The notes under the pieces were generated by a model. It was not told where the DNA came from and searched no databases. It saw only the letters and a program-made list of their open reading frames with translations. This document shows, piece by piece, positions 1 through 12,920 of a DNA stretch of 64,000 nucleotides. A program made the position numbers and the translations under genes. Source of the DNA: Octopus vulgaris (taxonomy: Eukaryota); assembly GCA_951406725.2 (NCBI GenBank), contig OX597828.1, forward strand, positions 57,598,001 to 57,662,000, given 5' to 3'. Each line of letters starts with the position of its first letter. Position 1 is the first letter of the stretch.

Positions 1-50
1 ACATGTATATATATACATATTACATATTTATATGAATATATTGGCTTCAA

Positions 51-94
<44 letters not shown>

Positions 95-156
95 CACATA
101 TATTGGTTTCAGTCGTTGGCACAAGGCCAGCAAGTTTAGAGGAGAGTTTAAGTCAA

Positions 157-214
<58 letters not shown>

Positions 215-220
<6 letters not shown>

Positions 221-480
221 GTAGAGTGAAAAAACGACAGAAGGCTTGAATGTTAAAACATATATATATTTGCGTCAATATGTCTGAAGAATATTAGAAA
301 ATTTTTAAACAAATTTTTTCCCCCCTATAATGACATAAATTAAAAGATTTAATTTATGTCATTATAAGGGGGGAAAAAAATTTGTTTAAAAAATTTTCTA
401 ATATTCTTCAGACATATTGACGCAAATATATATATTTTTTAACATTCAAGCCTTCTGTCGTTTTTTCACTCTACTATTTT
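215..480. repeat. Near-perfect ~130-bp-arm palindrome (fold-back) between (TA)n tracts, probable PLE terminal-repeat remnant
   Basis: aaaatagtagagtgaaaaaacgacagaaggcttgaatg... (215-344) is the reverse complement of 348-480; apex ~345-347. Confidence 0.9.
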
Positions 481-523
481 CTATATATTCACCCACGTGC
501 TTTCACAAACCAACTTTCTTATC

Positions 524-554
<31 letters not shown>

Positions 555-944
555 GACATAATCGTTCCTGCGCATGAAGAACTGTGTATATTTCTAGGTC
601 TTTTTATCATGGTTTATATATCTGAAACTAATTAACTACCAAATATATTTTACACAAAACTATAACGTATCATTATCTAACCAACTCCATCTGGTCCCAT
701 ATGCTCATAAACAGGACTAATAGAATGCCGTCGTTGTTTTATAATTGTAGTAGACGTGTACTACCCAAAATTGGGTACAAACATATTAAAAGAGATAAAA
801 TAAATGTCAAAATAATTGTTCTTTCTTTTTGCGTCGTATTCGTACATTACGCAACTTCTTGATTCTGTGAAACAAACGGTTAACTGCTTGTGGATTTTTG
901 TTTTCTTTTTGACAACAAAACAAATAACCGTTGTTTTGTGCGGA

Positions 945-1088
945 ATCAAGGTTGCCTCTCAACAATATGATCCCTGTTTCAGTCCTACTGTGTGGCAACT
1001 TGGGAAGGTGCCTTCTACTGTACCCATGGTCGACCTAATTCTTGCGAGTAGATTTGGTAGACGGAAGCTGAAAGAAGCCCGTCGTAGA
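945..1088 (+). mobile_element. Fragment of SINE family B
   Basis: gttcagtcctactgtgtggcaacttgggaaggtg...gatttggtagacggaagctgaaagaagcccgtcg matches 16186-16590. Confidence 0.75.
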
Positions 1089-1849
1089 TAGAAATGTAGA
1101 TAGATAGATAGACAGATTGTTTACAAGTTACGACATTAATTGATAGTGATGAAAGGGAGTAAATGAAAGATGAGTGAATGAATATGGCCGAAGACGAACG
1201 GAAATTAAAAAAAGAAACTCTAGTAAATTACATCATTAAATAATTATGCTGTACCACTATTAGTCTGATCTTCACACAGTAGGTAAAATCTGAATATTTC
1301 GAAAACAGGTACTATTTATTTAAAAATATCTCTAGTAATTAAAAATTTCACTTTAGTGTGGTTGAATAGTAGAGAAATATTCAGTGAATATTAGACGTTT
1401 AACTTACCCACGATATGAAATCCCGACATACCATCGGAGATTATATTTTGAATATTCGCGAAACGGAATTCTAATATAATTTGATTGAGGAAACCGTAAC
1501 GGAATAATGTGTTATTAATCAAAGATAAGTAGCTATTGAGCAAGAACTTAAAGCAGAATGGATATACCTCGCGAAAAGGGAACAAATTTGAAAGTCCTAG
1601 AATGTGAACTTTGCGCCTATCAAGCGAACGTCCATCAGCAAATATCCTAATGTATATGATATACATAAAGGTATCAAAGGAACTCATAGGCCTGACCAGC
1701 GGCGAATTTTAATCATACTAGGAGAAAGTAAACTTAGAGATATTCGATAATAAAATAATAGTCTACTAATGAATTGAATTTATGTAGCAGCAACCGATAA
1801 ATTGTCTTCCTTAGTATAAAATATCTGAATTTAATGCAGTCTCCTGCAT

Positions 1850-2236
1850 GAATGATGGCACTCCGTCGGTTACGACGACGAGTGTTCCAGTTGATTCGAT
1901 CAACGGAACAAACTGCTCGTGAAATTAACGTGCAGGTGGCTGAACACTCCACAGACACGTGTACCCTTAACGTAGTTCTCGGGGGGATTCAGCGTGACAC
2001 AGAATGGGACGAGGCTGGCCCTTTCAAATACAGATACAACAGAAACAGGAAGAAAGCGTGAGAGAAAGTTGTAGTGAAAGAGTACAGCAGGGTTCACCAC
2101 CATGCTTTGCCGGAGCCTTGAGGAGCTTTAGGTGTTTTTGCTCAATAAACACTCACAACGCCCGATCTGGGAATCGAAACCGTGATCCTAAGACCGCGAG
2201 TCCCCTGCCCTTACCACTGGGCCATTGATCCTCCAC
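1850..2236 (-). mobile_element. Full-length tRNA-derived SINE, family A
   Basis: Reverse complement of 8591-8974; A box tggcccagtgg, B box ggtttcgattccc; 12-bp TSD agtctcctgcat at 1838-1849 and 2237-2248. Confidence 0.92.
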
Positions 2237-2419
2237 AGTCTCCTGCATATCTCTAATATAATTATAGAAAAATATACCAAGGTCATTATTCTGAAGTTAA
2301 ATAAAATGATATTCACTTAAGGAGTAGTATATTGTTGAGAAGTAAGTCATGATACAGCACGGGTTCGCCAAATTTAACGATTTATGGCAATCTACTAAAA
2401 AATAATAACGTTACACAAT

Positions 2420-3113
2420 GAGATTCTTATTTAAGGGATGGTAATTATCCACTGCATCGCCTTTCCTGGAATCTTTTTGGCTAGGAAGTATTTTACCTGC
2501 CGTCATCCACTTTCGGATTTGCACCCAGATGTTGATTATTTTATCCATTTCCGTGGCTGTTCTTCTTCCGTGTAGTGCTGGGAAAATGTTCAGCCAATAT
2601 TCTTATACCCCATCAGGGCCTGGGCACTTCCAGTTTGGGATCTTTGGTTTCTCTTAACATTTCAGTCGTTATCCTAATATTGCTCGATTTCACTTCATAT
2701 TCTTCCGATCTTCATTCCTTCAACCATTTAGCAGCTTTGTTTCGTTTTCTTCCATTATCCCCAAGGTTAATCCCAAATCTACTTTCTTCGGCGTCTGGTC
2801 TCTCACTGCTCTTAACCTTTCCATTCAGCTGTTGATAAACTCTTTTCTGGTTTTGTTACAATAATCTGTTGATTTTATATTGTTCAATTCTTTGGTCATA
2901 TCTATTTTGATCTTTTTCGCTTGAGGCTGCAATCGTTGTTGTTTGGACCCTTCAAGAAGTACCTTTAGCTCCTTTTCATTTATCACATATCTATGTTCTC
3001 ATTCTTGATATTTCTCGTCCCTCTTTCTTTCCAACATGTTGATATGTTGTCTTAGTTCGCTCATCGACTGTTTTGTTCTGCTTTTACACCACTGTTATTT
3101 TTCTTCATTCCAA
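2420..3113 (-). mobile_element. Degenerate R4/Dong-type non-LTR retrotransposon fragment (pre-RT region to RT domain 0)
   Basis: Minus strand gives IEQYKINRLL*QNQKRVYQQLNG and IPNWKCPGPDG; begins directly after the TAA array. Confidence 0.75.
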
Positions 3114-3151
3114 CATTATTATTATTATTGTTATTGTTATTATTGTTGTTG

Positions 3152-3221
<70 letters not shown>

Positions 3222-3248
3222 CATCATCATCATCATCATCATTATTAA
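3114..3248. repeat. (TTA)n/(TCA)n microsatellite
   Basis: Direct reading. Confidence 0.95.
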
Positions 3249-3496
3249 TATTATCGTCGTTGTTGTAATTTTTATTGTTTTCATCAGAAATTCTATCAAT
3301 GTACTACTCATCATTGGAAGCGAAAGATTAGGACTATTCTAAAATAATTGAAATTCAGTCCACAGTGTAACCTAAATACGAGTGCCTTTACCTACTTTCC
3401 ATACAGTTCACTCAGTACCGCAAAGAATCGCATCGCATCTACATATGCATAAGTGTATATATATACAGAGAGAGGGAGAAAGGGAAAGAGATAGGC

Positions 3497-3507
3497 AGAT
3501 AGATAGT

Positions 3508-3586
<79 letters not shown>

Positions 3587-3612
3587 GTATATGCATATAT
3601 ATATGTACATAC

Positions 3613-3646
<34 letters not shown>

Positions 3647-3760
3647 GTACATATATATATGTATGTATGTAGATATATATGAATATATATATATATGTGC
3701 GTGTGTGTGTGTTTATGTGTGTGTGTGTATGTGTGTACACACATATATATATATGTTTCA
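3497..3760. repeat. Compound (GATA)n/(TA)n/(TG)n microsatellite
   Basis: Direct reading. Confidence 0.95.
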
Positions 3761-3793
3761 TGTACGCTGTACGTATGTGGAAGATTTCTATTC

Positions 3794-3832
<39 letters not shown>

Positions 3833-4115
3833 AGTCTTTCATTGTCTTTTCCCTCTCTTTCACTCTCATGACGTCCCTCCCACTCATTGTTATTTTGATG
3901 TCACTAATTCTTCCCTTCACACACGCAGAAACGCAAACACACATTCCCTCCCTCTTTGTATTCCCTCCCTCTTCAACATTGTTTCGCTTACTAAACGTGC
4001 ACCATGATTTGTGAGGGTGATTAACCGGACGATGTGATTGGGGAAAGTGGTGTGTGTGTATGTGAGTGCACATATGTATTTGTATATATAGTTACGTATA
4101 TATATATATGTATAC

Positions 4116-4147
<32 letters not shown>

Positions 4148-4149
4148 AC

Positions 4150-4182
<33 letters not shown>

Positions 4183-4186
<4 letters not shown>

Positions 4187-4380
4187 GAATTTATAAAGAA
4201 AAAAGAAAAGACGAAGACGGTTGTATAAACAACAAACAGATGTATTAGTTTAACGCTCGGAAAGTGGGAGAGTGAGAAAGTCTTTTACGTTTCGAGTTTA
4301 CGCTCTTCGACAGAAAGGAATACACAAATAAACAAGGAGAGAAAATAGAGAAATAGAAGATAGAAAAATATTCAGTGGCT
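4183..4380 (-). mobile_element. Short (TA)n-inserted element carrying a hammerhead; probable solo PLE pseudo-LTR
   Basis: Homologous to 10648-10835 (aaaagacgaagac...cagatgtattagt.taacgctc). Confidence 0.7.
4282..4317 (-). ncRNA. Minimal type-I hammerhead ribozyme, core variant CUGUCGA
   Basis: cttt-CTGTCGA-a gag cgtaaa ctc-GAAA-c-GTA-aaag; stem I cttt/aaag; stem III reduced to palindrome ACGT. Confidence 0.7.
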
Positions 4381-5594
4381 GACCCAAGGTTGCACGTAAC
4401 GCTATTTAAGTGCTATGGAAGGACTGTAGTTAAAATCTCGGTTCGATAATTATACGAGTGAGCAGTCTAATGCGGGTCTTGAATGAGCATGTATATGCTA
4501 AATAAAATGAGACAATAAAGCCAAGGCTGTGTGGAATTTTAGGACATTTATAAAGAGCAAGTTCGTCTTACAGCTCTTTCTGGGATATTAAGTACATGCA
4601 TGTACCTAGGTACCCGTTATACTTATTTAGTAGTAGTGAATGTTTTATGTTTTTCCATACCTTCAGATTTTACCACAGATTTAAATGCAACCCTCCTATA
4701 CCTTTGTCTGTTCCCATTCCTTTATACCATTCTAACATATCACTCCACCTCACACACCTCACACATAGTAATTATTTACATTCTTATCTATTCCTATTTC
4801 TCCCTACTCCTCTCCCATCCTCCCACAATATCTTGACACAAGCTAACACACCTTTTTTCACTTTCTTAAACTTTCTTTCACTTTCTCTTCTTGTTCTCGT
4901 TTCCTCTTCATCTTTCCTTCTTCTTTTCTCACCTTTTCCTTTTACCTTTTTAACATACACATCTCTTTTCCTCTCACTCTCTCTATCCACTTAATACTAC
5001 CAATACATTCTCAAATTTTCATTCACACCACATGACCCCTTTTAATGAACAGCACATGGAATCTACATCTCCACATTTTCAATTGATTAACATAATTTAT
5101 TACAAATTTTTTTGACTGTATTAACTCCACATTTTATTTCATTTTTTCTTACACTTCCTTCCTGGAGAGTTACAGTTTTTTGAGAACCGTTTAATAGGGA
5201 TTTTACTGTTATAGAAACTTAAAAGTTAGTGCTCTCTTTACTCAAATATAGGTAAGTATTTACATAAGTAAATACTGATAGATAAGTATTTATATCTACA
5301 CATTGAAATTTTTAGAAATATTTTAGTAATTGATTAAAACATGATATATCTCACAGAAAGACAATGAGCGGAGTTAATGGAGCATCGGATAAGATATTTT
5401 GCAATATTTGTTCCCGCTCTCTGTGCCCCGATTTCCTTTCCGTGTCAGTAAACACCAATGAAATACTACGAAGGCACACTTCTTATCGATCGTCAGATTT
5501 TCTCTTTTTCTCCTCTCCCATTCTCTTTCTCTGTCTTTCTCTCCTTCCTTCTCACTTTCTCCGCCCCTTCTCCCTCCTTCTCTTTCCATCTCTC

Positions 5595-5634
<40 letters not shown>

Positions 5635-7954
5635 ACTCTCTCTCTCTCTCTGTGGACCGTATACAAAACACAAATGTATGATTTTGGCACATAATGCTAA
5701 CCTGATTCGGCCTCACAATTACGTTTACGATATACGTGTCTGGAATAATCAGTCGTTCGTGTGTTCATTTATCGAGTAGTCATAATTCAATTGAGTGGAA
5801 AGCTGATTATCCACCGTTCAAACTGGCAGAGGATCCATAACATTATACGTCACTGCAAGTAATTCTATATGTTTATCCATCACAAATACACACAAATACG
5901 TGTGTGCGAGTGTAGTCTGTGTATGTATCAGTGCTACGTGTATGAGCCTGATCGTGTTTTGAATGATAATTAATACATGTTGAGACATCCTCTGAAGTTC
6001 TATTGAGGAATATCTATTTATATCTGTAAGCCTTTCTTGGTAACTTAACTGTCTGTTCATTTAATTATATGAAATAATTACACAAAATGTCATTTGATAT
6101 CAATATTATATTTCATTCTTCTGGTATAATCGTATTACATTTGACTTACCTACCGCCAATCGTATATGTATTTCTCTTTTCCTTACGACAGATTCAATGG
6201 CATATCTATTATGTAAAACTAGTTAGTTTTGTAGTAATTTATTGTCTCATTATCAAACTTTGGCTGAATAGAAGATAAGATTTGATAGTCGCAAAATTCT
6301 TCAGCAAGTCGAGAAGGGGTAATCCACTAAGGGTGCTTCACATTGAAACAGTCAAGCAACAGTTAGATCTTTCTCAAATCGCACGGAAATATCTGACCTT
6401 CAAAGCATTGAATTATGTAACCGGACTGAGGTTAGCTACAACTAACCGTCCGACAAAGCGTTGACCTCCGCTTTCGTATAATCATAGTTTCTATAACAGT
6501 TTCACGTTTACTCTAATTATAGATGTTGTAACTCCCATGTAGTACACATACAAACCGTTTTCCATTACTATCTTCTGCCTAAGGTGCCGATACATCAAGC
6601 CCTGTACTGCAATAAACTTAACTAAGCTATCAATTCGATACAATTCTATTTGATTAACACGGTAGACTATACCAGTCAGCTATGTTGTCGATGTTAAAGC
6701 ATCAAATTAACTTTCGTGATCAGACACGTTGTGTTGAAATCCTTTCGTGTTCAACTTTACCCTTAACTATTATGGAGTCTACAAACAAGAAAGTCTCCAT
6801 CAATTACGAGGATCGATGTATTTTGATACAATAAATAGCAGCTATGATCCGCCCAAGTTAATCTATACTCCACTATAGGAGAGAATATTTTATACCTAAG
6901 GTTTCATCATCTACACCAATTACCAGTGCTTGAAACATATTTAAAACGTTAAAGAAATGTAATTCTGCAAATTAAGCACCTTCCTCTGTCTTTTGGGGAA
7001 ATGATAAGCTTAACATAGACAAGAAAACTGCAGCTAATCTGTGTAATAGTGGTGTCAGATCTGGCGTGCAGACCATCATATAACTTATGTGACATTGCGT
7101 TTTTATTCTTCTTTTCCGTTTTACATATTCAGTGTGCACGTATGCATTGCGTGTTCATCCTTCTTTTGCCGGTTCCTATTCAAAACTTTTTACAAATCAT
7201 AACCATCTGCCGAACTGCGTTCGTGAGGAGCGCTATGGGAGAATATCTTATTATTATCGTACTTAAATTTTATTGTAATTTGAGGAAAATGGTAGGTAAA
7301 CGGCTGTACTGGATAAGTATATTTCCAATAATAAGAGCTCAAGTTTATTTCTTGTTTATTTATATTATCTTGAAGTTGTTTATATACTCACCACGACCAC
7401 CACCATATAAACGTTTGAAATATATACATAAATTCATACATATATGTAAATACAAAATACTTTGTGGAATGGGCACGGTTGTTGTGTTCTCAAAACATAA
7501 TAGAGTTGTTCGGGTTCTGTTTCAAAATACTACATGGTGTGAGGACATTTATTAAAACCAGGTGGAGCCTAACCTTATACAGATCTGAATGCATCAAATA
7601 CATTTCCAGAGATAGATCGAAGGAAGGAGAAAAGTGACTAAGTTAGAAAGAAGAACAATCAAACTCTGTACTTAAATTGTACCTTCTTTATCGATCCGAA
7701 GAGACAGTAAACATATTAGATCTCGGCAGTGATGGAATGCAGTGTTAATAGAACGGGAAGGAACAGTGCAACGTATTTTGTTTACAGAACCTAAAGGCTA
7801 AATGTTCGACAAATGGGTACCACATGATTTGAATGAAAATCAGAAAATGTGCTGATATGGAATTTGCAAGGCACTTCTTCTCCGTAACCACACCGATCCA
7901 TATCTCGACAGTATTGTACAAGTTTCCGAGTTCGATTCCAGGTAGTGACCTGAC

Positions 7955-8004
<50 letters not shown>

Positions 8005-8051
8005 TCTAGAAATATCTTAGGAATGAGAACCCAGGTTCGAAATTTCCCCAA

Positions 8052-8097
8052 GACACTTGATGAAGTGTGGAGGGTATATCAGCTGAATCGTTGTGTT
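8052..8097 (+). ncRNA. Degenerate hammerhead motif
   Basis: gacac-TTGATGA-...-GAAT-cgtt-gtgtt; stem I gacac/gtgtt; two core substitutions; lies just after (TAA)n 7959-8003. Confidence 0.45.
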
Positions 8098-8450
8098 AAC
8101 AACAAAAGAGATGAGGACAAATATCCGTCAATTGTAAATAATGTAAATAATGTCCTGTATTTTCTTTCCTTTTCTTTCTCCTTCTCCCCTTCTTTCCCTA
8201 CTCCTACTTCTCTTCCTCCTTAATCTTCTCCTTCTCCTCCTTCTTTTTCTTTTTTCTCCTTCTCCTCCCATTTCCTCAGTTGCTCCAACTCACATACGAT
8301 GCATTCTCAAAGGAATAGAGACAGACATAGACTATCTGAAGGCTATGGAAATATTTAATTATTTAAAGACTATGGAAATATCTACAAAACATTTCACTTA
8401 ATTTTTTTCTCCAATTTAATATACATGTATATGCACATGTATATTCGTGC

Positions 8451-8573
<123 letters not shown>

Positions 8574-8590
8574 TGTATAAATGTATGATA

Positions 8591-8974
8591 GTGGAGGCGC
8601 AATGGCCCAGTGGTTAGGGCAGCGGACTCGCTGTCATAGGATCGCGGTTTCGATTTCCAGACCGGGCGTTGTGAGTGTTTATTGAGCGAAAACATTTAAT
8701 TCTCCACGAAGCTCCGGCAGGGATGGTGGTGATCCCTGCTGTACTCTTTCACCACAACTTTCTCTCACTCTTACTTCCTGTTTCTGTTGTACCTGTATTT
8801 CAAAGGGCCGGCCTTGTCACTCTCTGTGTCACGCTGAATATCCCCGAGAACTACGTTAAGGGTACACGTGTCTGTGGAGTGCTCAGCCACTTACACGTTA
8901 ATTTCACGAGCAGTTTGTTCCGTTGATCGGATCAACCGGAACCCTCATCGTCGTAACCGACGGAGTGCTTCCAC
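8591..8974 (+). mobile_element. Full-length tRNA-derived SINE, family A
   Basis: gtggaggcgcaatggcccagtggttagggcagcggactcg...ggtttcgatttcc; 12-bp TSD aaatgtatgata at 8579-8590 and 8975-8986. Confidence 0.93.
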
Positions 8975-9063
8975 AAATGTATGATAAAATCATTTTAGCA
9001 TTTTCTACCTTGTCTTATTCTTCCTTTTACATATCAACTTGTGTGTTACTTTTCTCCACCTTC

Positions 9064-9096
<33 letters not shown>

Positions 9097-9101
<5 letters not shown>

Positions 9102-9291
9102 TGTGTACACATCTATGTGTGTCAAGTTAATCTATAGAAACTATATCGAATGGAACATTGCTTGCGCCGAGCTTAAAATGCCTCAGGAATATAACAACAA
9201 AACAAAGAAACAGATCTTAAACATACACACGAGGAAACAGAACATAGAAATTAGGTTACTGATAAGAAGAAATATAAGCGGCATCTAGAGG

Positions 9292-9331
<40 letters not shown>

Positions 9332-9591
9332 GGATAATGTGTACTTTTCTTCCTATCTGTAATTTGACATAAATTCTGTTCTGTATAAGCTGTATTACGT
9401 ATATACATCAAGATGCTGTGTATCTTTCTTATCAGTAACTTGACATAATTTTTATGTTTCTTGTGTGATTGCTTAAGGTTTGTTTCTTTGTTTTCTTGTT
9501 ATATTCCTCTCGTACTTTGAGCTTGGCACATTTAATGTTCTATTCTATATATTTTCTACAGATTAAGTTGACACTCATAGATGCACACACA

Positions 9592-9596
<5 letters not shown>
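9097..9596. repeat. Diverged ~190-bp inverted repeat (fold-back or MITE-like) in (TA)n
   Basis: 9097-9290 atgcatgtgtacacatctatgtgtgtcaagttaatct versus 9407-9596 agattaagttgacactcatagatgcacacacatgcat. Confidence 0.8.
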
Positions 9597-9646
<50 letters not shown>

Positions 9647-9706
9647 ATACATACATAAATGCATATGTCATTTATATATGTATATGCACATGTACATTCG
9701 TGCATT

Positions 9707-9777
<71 letters not shown>

Positions 9778-10175
9778 GCAAGTATACATATTGATGTACG
9801 CAAAAATATATTTATATATGTACGTATATAATTATATACGTGTGAATATATGTATGTGTATGTGTAGGAGGGGAAGACCTTTCCTTAAGATAAATGTGGT
9901 GAAATTGAAAAACCTTCTAATAAAATGTTATAAAAAATTTTTGAATAAGATAAAAAAGGTCAAGTGCATAAATACGCCGATTGTTGCTATTCAAATTGCC
10001 AACTGTTGTGAATATATTTCCTTCATCTACCGACGATGAATTTGTAAACATATATGAAATGGAAAATGTTTCCCAGTGAGAACGCCTTGTATACTAATGA
10101 CAAACATTAACCACTCTTTTGATTTTACTGTGAGATTATATTTGAAAACATATAGTCAGCAAATAATAAAATGAG

Positions 10176-10210
<35 letters not shown>

Positions 10211-10240
10211 CCGTTGAAACCTACAAGACGTTTCCATTTC

Positions 10241-10368
10241 TTCCTGTTGAAAAGCGTAGGCTCGAAACGTAAAACACATTTTCATTTTTCCCGAGCGTCA
10301 AACTAATACACTTGCTTGTTGTTCGTACACCTGTCTTTGTCTTTTGTTTTCCCTTAAATTTCAACTAT
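10241..10368 (+). mobile_element. PLE pseudo-LTR-like copy with degenerate hammerhead at 10241-10274
   Basis: CTGTTGA-aaagcgtaggctc-GAAACGTA-aaa; opposite orientation to 10648-10835. Confidence 0.65.
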
Positions 10369-10460
10369 ATGTGTGCGTATATATATATATGTAGGTCCCG
10401 GGTTGAGTCGGGGTTAACCACAGTAAATAAGGTACTCAATACATAGCAGAGTAAAGTAAT

Positions 10461-10563
10461 TTATTTTATAGAAGGAGCTTCTACAGGACTAGAACTGTTT
10501 CATTCAGATGAAATCTTCCATCTGAATGAAACGGTTCTAGTCCTGTAGAAGCTCCTTCTATAA

Positions 10564-10568
<5 letters not shown>
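10461..10568. repeat. Fold-back hairpin with ~50-bp arms
   Basis: ttattttatagaaggagcttctacaggactagaactgtttcattcagatg / catctgaatgaaacggttctagtcctgtagaagctccttctataaaataa. Confidence 0.92.
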
Positions 10569-10647
<79 letters not shown>

Positions 10648-10650
<3 letters not shown>

Positions 10651-10835
10651 GAGAGTTTACCAAAAAACAAAAGACGAAGACAGGTGGTGTACAAAACACA
10701 CAGATGTATTAGTATAACGCTCAGGAATAGAAAAAGTATTTTACGTTTCGAGCCTACGCTCTTCTACAGAGAGGGTCACAGAAAAAACAAGGAGAGAAAA
10801 AATGTGTGTAGTGGCTAACGGTATATCATGGCGAC
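10648..10835 (-). mobile_element. Short (TA)n-flanked PLE pseudo-LTR-like element
   Basis: Related copies at 4183, 10241, 11265 and 39095. Confidence 0.7.
10738..10772 (-). ncRNA. Minimal hammerhead ribozyme, core variant CUGUAGA
   Basis: CTGTAGA-a gagc gtag gctc-GAAA-c-GTA-aaa; perfect stem II gagc/gctc. Confidence 0.65.
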
Positions 10836-11132
10836 ATATATATATGTGTGTGTGTGTGTGTGTTCTTTTTATACCCTGTTTTAACATCATGATAAAGCTA
10901 CACACACTCTAAAAACTGATGTCATGTATTGCATGACATAGGTGGCCTTAGAAGAACATCACTTTCTGAAAACATTGCATCTGATATAAAATCTTATACA
11001 CTGGAAAGACTATTGTTCCTCATCAAAACTTCACTTGAAATGATATACTTAGCTGTACATATGTTTAAATATCTAAACTATCTTTACAAATGTCAAAAAA
11101 TAAAACAAACATTTCTATGTCTTTGTCTAAGT

Positions 11133-11194
<62 letters not shown>

Positions 11195-11357
11195 TATATT
11201 CATCACTTAGACAAAGACTTATAAATGTTTGTTTTATTGTTATATATATATATATATATATAATGTAAACACTTTTTTCTATTTCTGAGCGTTATACTAA
11301 TACATCTGCTTCTTTCGTACACCACCTGTCTGCGTCTTTGTTTTTTTCGTAAACTCT

Positions 11358-11425
<68 letters not shown>

Positions 11426-11757
11426 TTCTTTCTTTTTAAGCAATAGTTTTTTTTTAACACATTCTTCCAGAGCCAGTCGATTGCCGAACAACTTAAGTGA
11501 CAAATGTAATTTTGTTGTTTTGCAAAATTGTACTTTCAGGTGTTCCTTACTTCTCTCTTATATTGTTTTGCTAATAGCAGTGCACACAATTTGCTAGTTG
11601 GTATCTCGGGAGCTAATAGCATTTTTTAAAATTTATTGAATGTGTTTGTATGTGTGTATCGTTATTCGTGTTGTTTTTTAACGCTGTGATATTGTTCAGA
11701 TGCATGCAATTATTTTCATATGTTTTTCGTTAAAAACCAAACTGATATATAATATCG

Positions 11758-11760
11758 ATG

Positions 11761-11843
<83 letters not shown>

Positions 11844-11888
11844 GGATAGATAGATAGATGGATAGATGGATAGATAGATAGATAGATG

Positions 11889-11955
<67 letters not shown>

Positions 11956-11972
11956 GGATAGATGGATAGATG

Positions 11973-12065
<93 letters not shown>

Positions 12066-12070
12066 GTAGA
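11758..12070. repeat. (GATA)n/(GATG) microsatellite
   Basis: Direct reading. Confidence 0.95.
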
Positions 12071-12399
12071 TAAATAAATAAATAGATACATATACTTTAC
12101 CATAGTATTATTAATTAAGCCATTTTATTTCCTTTTCTTTGATGTTCTCCCCTACTTGATCATTTTATTTTATCTCTTTATTATTTTATAATTAGCCTTT
12201 ATTTATTTATAAAATTAATCTAATTTTTGTATCTCTATAAATTCATATGTAGCTTATATAAAACTATACTGGTGTATTCACTACTTAGAAAAAATACTGC
12301 TTAGATTATAATGTTGTTAATATATAATTAGGATGTTCCTTTACGTCAATACTCCTTTATTAATACCAGTATATACCAATTAATCAATATTCACAGATA

Positions 12400-12920
12400 C
12401 CATCGGATGAGTCGAGGAATTGGGTAGTGTGAAATTCTTCGAGTGACACAGGCGCTTCAAAAGCAGTAAAACGTTCCTGTAGGCCGATGAGCAATCTAGA
12501 AGACCTGCCACGTGCATAAGCCCCGGAATTATGGTATTCGCCCCACAGTGCTAGACTGTCAATCGAGAATTCTACCACCACGTTTTGAAGCATTTGAAGG
12601 AGGGCATTCAGCGAATGTGACCGGATCTGTGGAGCGCAATGAGGTGGCTTCTTTCCAACGACAATGCACCATGCCACCGATCTCTTCTAGCTCGTGAGTT
12701 CTTCGTGAGTTCCATCACTTCCCCAAGACGAAACATGAGTGAATCGCAGAAGGTCCACGATTTGCTTATGGAAAACGACTTCCAGCCGGATTTCAAAACG
12801 TGGTAGGAACACTGGTAGCAGTGTACTGCTGTGCAATGTAACTATTTCGAAGGAGAGGACGTTAAAACTCATGTTTTATTTTATTAAGCATAACTAGTCC
12901 GGGAATCTTTTAATACCACG
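12400..12920 (+). mobile_element. Internally deleted mariner transposase fossil
   Basis: Segments read as FE*HRRFKS, TVNREFYHHVLKHLKEGIQR, NDNAPCH and QCNYFEG. Confidence 0.75.

Noticed and set aside
1400-1800. Possible decayed PLE RT (IHK...RP-like)
   Set aside because: Too degenerate to support by eye
3036-4248. Long ORFs rich in I/Y/H/T (also at 11696, 35112, 38892, 47491, 56766 and elsewhere)
   Set aside because: Translations of (TA)n, (GATA)n, (CA)n and (TAA)n microsatellites
7049-7555. 168-aa ORF
   Set aside because: GTG start, no recognisable domain, AT-rich composition; likely chance
8591-8665. tRNA-like sequence with A and B boxes
   Set aside because: Head of a TSD-flanked SINE, not a tRNA gene
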